DNA of 64,000 bases from NCBI GenBank assembly GCA_043228905.1, contig JBHGNT010000015.1:15190001-15254000 (forward strand). Reading direction: 5' to 3'. The stretch comes from Azolla caroliniana (lineage: Eukaryota > Plantae > Polypodiophyta). A model generated the notes under the pieces. The model worked only from the letters and a program-made list of their open reading frames with translations. It was not told the origin of the DNA and ran no database searches. The translations under genes and the position numbers were made by a program. Below, piece after piece: positions 61,401-64,000 of the stretch (position 1 is the stretch's first letter; each line of letters opens with the position of its first letter).

Positions 61401-64000
61401 AATCAAGATTGAGAACCTGATTGCAAACTTCAGTTGATTTTTTTCCCAGCATCTGCAAAGAGCTTTCTTGTTCAGCAACCATGAACTCAATGTTGGCAAT
61501 CCATTCTGGTCTTTCAATGGCCTCTGGATCTTTTACGCTAACCATATTCTTATGCAACTCCTCAATTTTTGCTGACCATTGATCTGCTTTTAACAATAGC
61601 TGAGAGAATGTCTCTATTGCACCATGTTTCTCTTCAAGCAATGCCATCTATTAATGCCCATAACCAAAAAACTGAGTTTTCTTCCCATAGATTAACATGA
61701 GTTTCCTGATGCACATAAATCCAAACCTTTAGACATATACCTGTGATTGCAATTGCCGGTCCTTTGCATCAAGCTCTTGCTCATGTAAATTCTTTAGTAG
61801 TGTAACCTATTTCATGCAGTTAGTATCAATAAGAAAAAACACATACCCGACATTACATTGCAAATGCTCTATACAGTATTTTTGATACTGAGATATCTTG
61901 TTTTTGGAAAGGACTATTACAGAAAAAATTGTAGATAGAATCCATGGGCCGCACATGATGTGCCTGACTCTATGGTATGTATTCAACAACTAAACAAAAA
62001 CGATAAAATCTCTTGTTGTATAATATAGTGCCAACATACAAGTCCATCTTGGGGGTCCATCTGAGAGGAACCAGTAGATGTAGCCCATAAACTTCATAAG
62101 GTATGAATCACTTCTGTCCAAATTAAAATCATGTTTTCCATCATAGAAGATGGCTCTCTAACAACATATGACAATATCTATTCTTCTAGATGCAGCAAGA
62201 GTGACACATAAAACTGTAGAAAACATTTTGTGTCTATCCATTGTATGTGAAAAAGGTGCCACTATATATGGAAATATAAAGTGCATATAGGGTTTACAGT
62301 GAAAATAAGCAAGAAAACAGTATGAGTTTCATGTTGTCTTGTGAGCCACCAAATGGTTCCCGGCTAACCATAGACATGCAAGCCAACCTTAGATAACAGA
62401 AGATAAGTAGGTTGTCAACCCAAAAAACAATATTGGAAATTCAATGACCCACGAGAGACCATCAATTTGGCCAATATGCTGAACCCACAGAACAACCAGG
62501 AATCTGGCATGTACAAGCATCCTAATAATGTGGATAATCCTTTGGGAGTTCTTAAAGTCCAAATATAGATCAGTTATATCTGAAGGAAGAAAATTGATAA
62601 TCTAACAGTGTCCGATGTACAGAATCTCATTACTTCAGATTCAACCTTCTTTATGCAAGAAGATGTGAGGCTAAAACTGAAAAAAAATATCCTGCATTGT
62701 GAACCATGAGCAGATGTCCAAAACCTCATATCTGAATGAGATACAATAGGGTCGATCTGGAAAAAAAATTGATGATGTCTCAGATCTGCGGAACAATGTG
62801 GAACAATGCAATTCCATAAGAAATAAACTACAGTCTCATAATGTTGTGGCACCAAATAAAGACAATACTTCAATCATTTGTTAGGTACATAAATGAATAT
62901 TAATGCTTACAGAAGACTCAATTATGACTATTATAAACTGTACAGCTCCTAAACAGTCGCAAAATAAGATGTATAGATATATGAATTGATACATGTCAAA
63001 ATAAGACATTATATATAAGTTCTGATCATAGGCAGCCAGACACTATGCCAGCAGCTGATCATCAACATCAAAACTTTCTGCTCCAATCATATTAACAGCA
63101 TGCAGTTGGATAGGGAGCTGAATAATATCACATGCAGACATCTTTCTTAACATTTCACGACAATGTGACAAAGGAGTGGAAAATATGCTTTAAGAGTATC
63201 TAAAAAACATTAAAGTAACTTTTGTCCATTATGTTTATTTTATGAAACTGAGTTGATAAATTTGTTGGGAATAAAGGGCCCTCGTGCCTTTTATTAGTGC
63301 ACGAGTGTGAACGCACTCATAGCACATTTTGACTTGTATATACATAATATCTAAAAAACCAAAAAAGTGGTACACTCTTTGTACCCAAGACAGCGTGCAT
63401 CTCTCTCTGTCCCTTTGTCTCTCACTCAGACTCTCTCCCTCTCTGTTTTTTACCTAAACCCTAATCCTCATGCTGCCTTCAAAATTGGTGGTCTTCTTTA
63501 TGATGATAGCACATTATATTCTTACATTTAAGCAACAGTCAAATGAGTAAAAGTAGCAATTGTTTTACCTCTTGTAGATGGGTCTTCTTAATGAACTCTA
63601 TCTTTTCTTCGGTCATAATTAAACTCTGCTTGAGAGACATTAGCTGAGATGTTAATTCATCAGCAATTTGTTGTGCTTCTTGCTTCTCTCTACTAATCTG
63701 TCTAGCTATCTGTTCTTCGTTGCAATGTTCTTTCTCAAACAAGTCCTTCTGTAATCTTAAATTTTCAGTTTCAATCTGCATGATTTCCTCCCTTAAAGAA
63801 ATGTTTTCATCTTTCAATCGTTTACATTCCTCATCAAGACCAGGTGCATCCGTGGTAAAGATTTCTTTAAATGATGATCGAAGATGTGAGTCAATAGGGA
63901 CTGAAATTTTTTCTTCAATGAACCCACATTCTTGTGAATTTTGTACTTTCACAGTGTTGCATTTATAAATGTCTTCCTGGGTAGAAGGATTTTCTGCTGA
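55451..64000 (-). CDS. Multi-exon host gene, long coiled-coil protein (partial; 5' part beyond the right edge)
   Basis: Phase-consistent GT-AG exons: >64000-63569, 61806-61741, 61647-61417, 61209-61099, 59990-59892 (candidate), 58356-58246, 56027-55922, 55820-55684, 55530-55451. E/K/Q/L-rich heptad-like sequence. Family not recognisable from this part. Confidence 0.8.
56355..57324 (+). mobile_element. Intronic LINE 3' fragment with (TTTC)n tail
   Basis: IGQLRTSSHQL, EERICQLCHHGVESEEHYVCHC; 3' end gacgttaatatatctttctttctttcttt, same as LINE-C. Confidence 0.85.
57437..57872. repeat. About 211-bp diverged tandem duplication (intronic)
   Basis: accatagcagctattattgta... at 57437 and 57648. Confidence 0.9.
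57975..58183. repeat. About 78-bp degenerate tandem repeat x2.7 (intronic)
   Basis: tatatgttagagatcaaactac..taatac-like units at about 57975, 58052 and 58130. Confidence 0.75.
58441..59830. mobile_element. Two decayed intronic LINE fragments (58441-59040 minus; about 59160-59830 plus)
   Basis: YLGVTFTG and a GAAA tail on the first; QLRTSSHYLEIET..CQMCH on the second. Confidence 0.6.

Noticed and set aside
55451-64000. Naming the coiled-coil gene (e.g. kinesin tail)
   Set aside because: No diagnostic domain within the window.

Overview
Transposon-dense land-plant nuclear DNA (non-prokaryotic; a fern or other non-angiosperm is my inference from the TE types). About 1-37.7 kb is a nested TE stack. 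It contains the 5' end of a tRNA-Trp-primed Gypsy element, several RTE-X-like LINEs (ORF1-APE-RT-CCHC, microsatellite tails) and solo LTRs. It also holds two decayed full-length Copia elements and one apparently very recent chromovirus (identical 474-bp LTRs, open 1467-aa gag-pol with chromodomain). Four LTR insertions fall within about 600 bp of one old LINE and its 5' flank. Host genes are an intronless 20S proteasome alpha-4/PAC1 gene (40032-40787, +) and a multi-exon coiled-coil gene entering from the right edge on the minus strand. That gene may end at 43860 across an 11-kb intron holding a LINE>Copia>solo-LTR nest, and it has a triplicated exon-like unit. All boundaries and TSDs were read by eye; no database searches were run.
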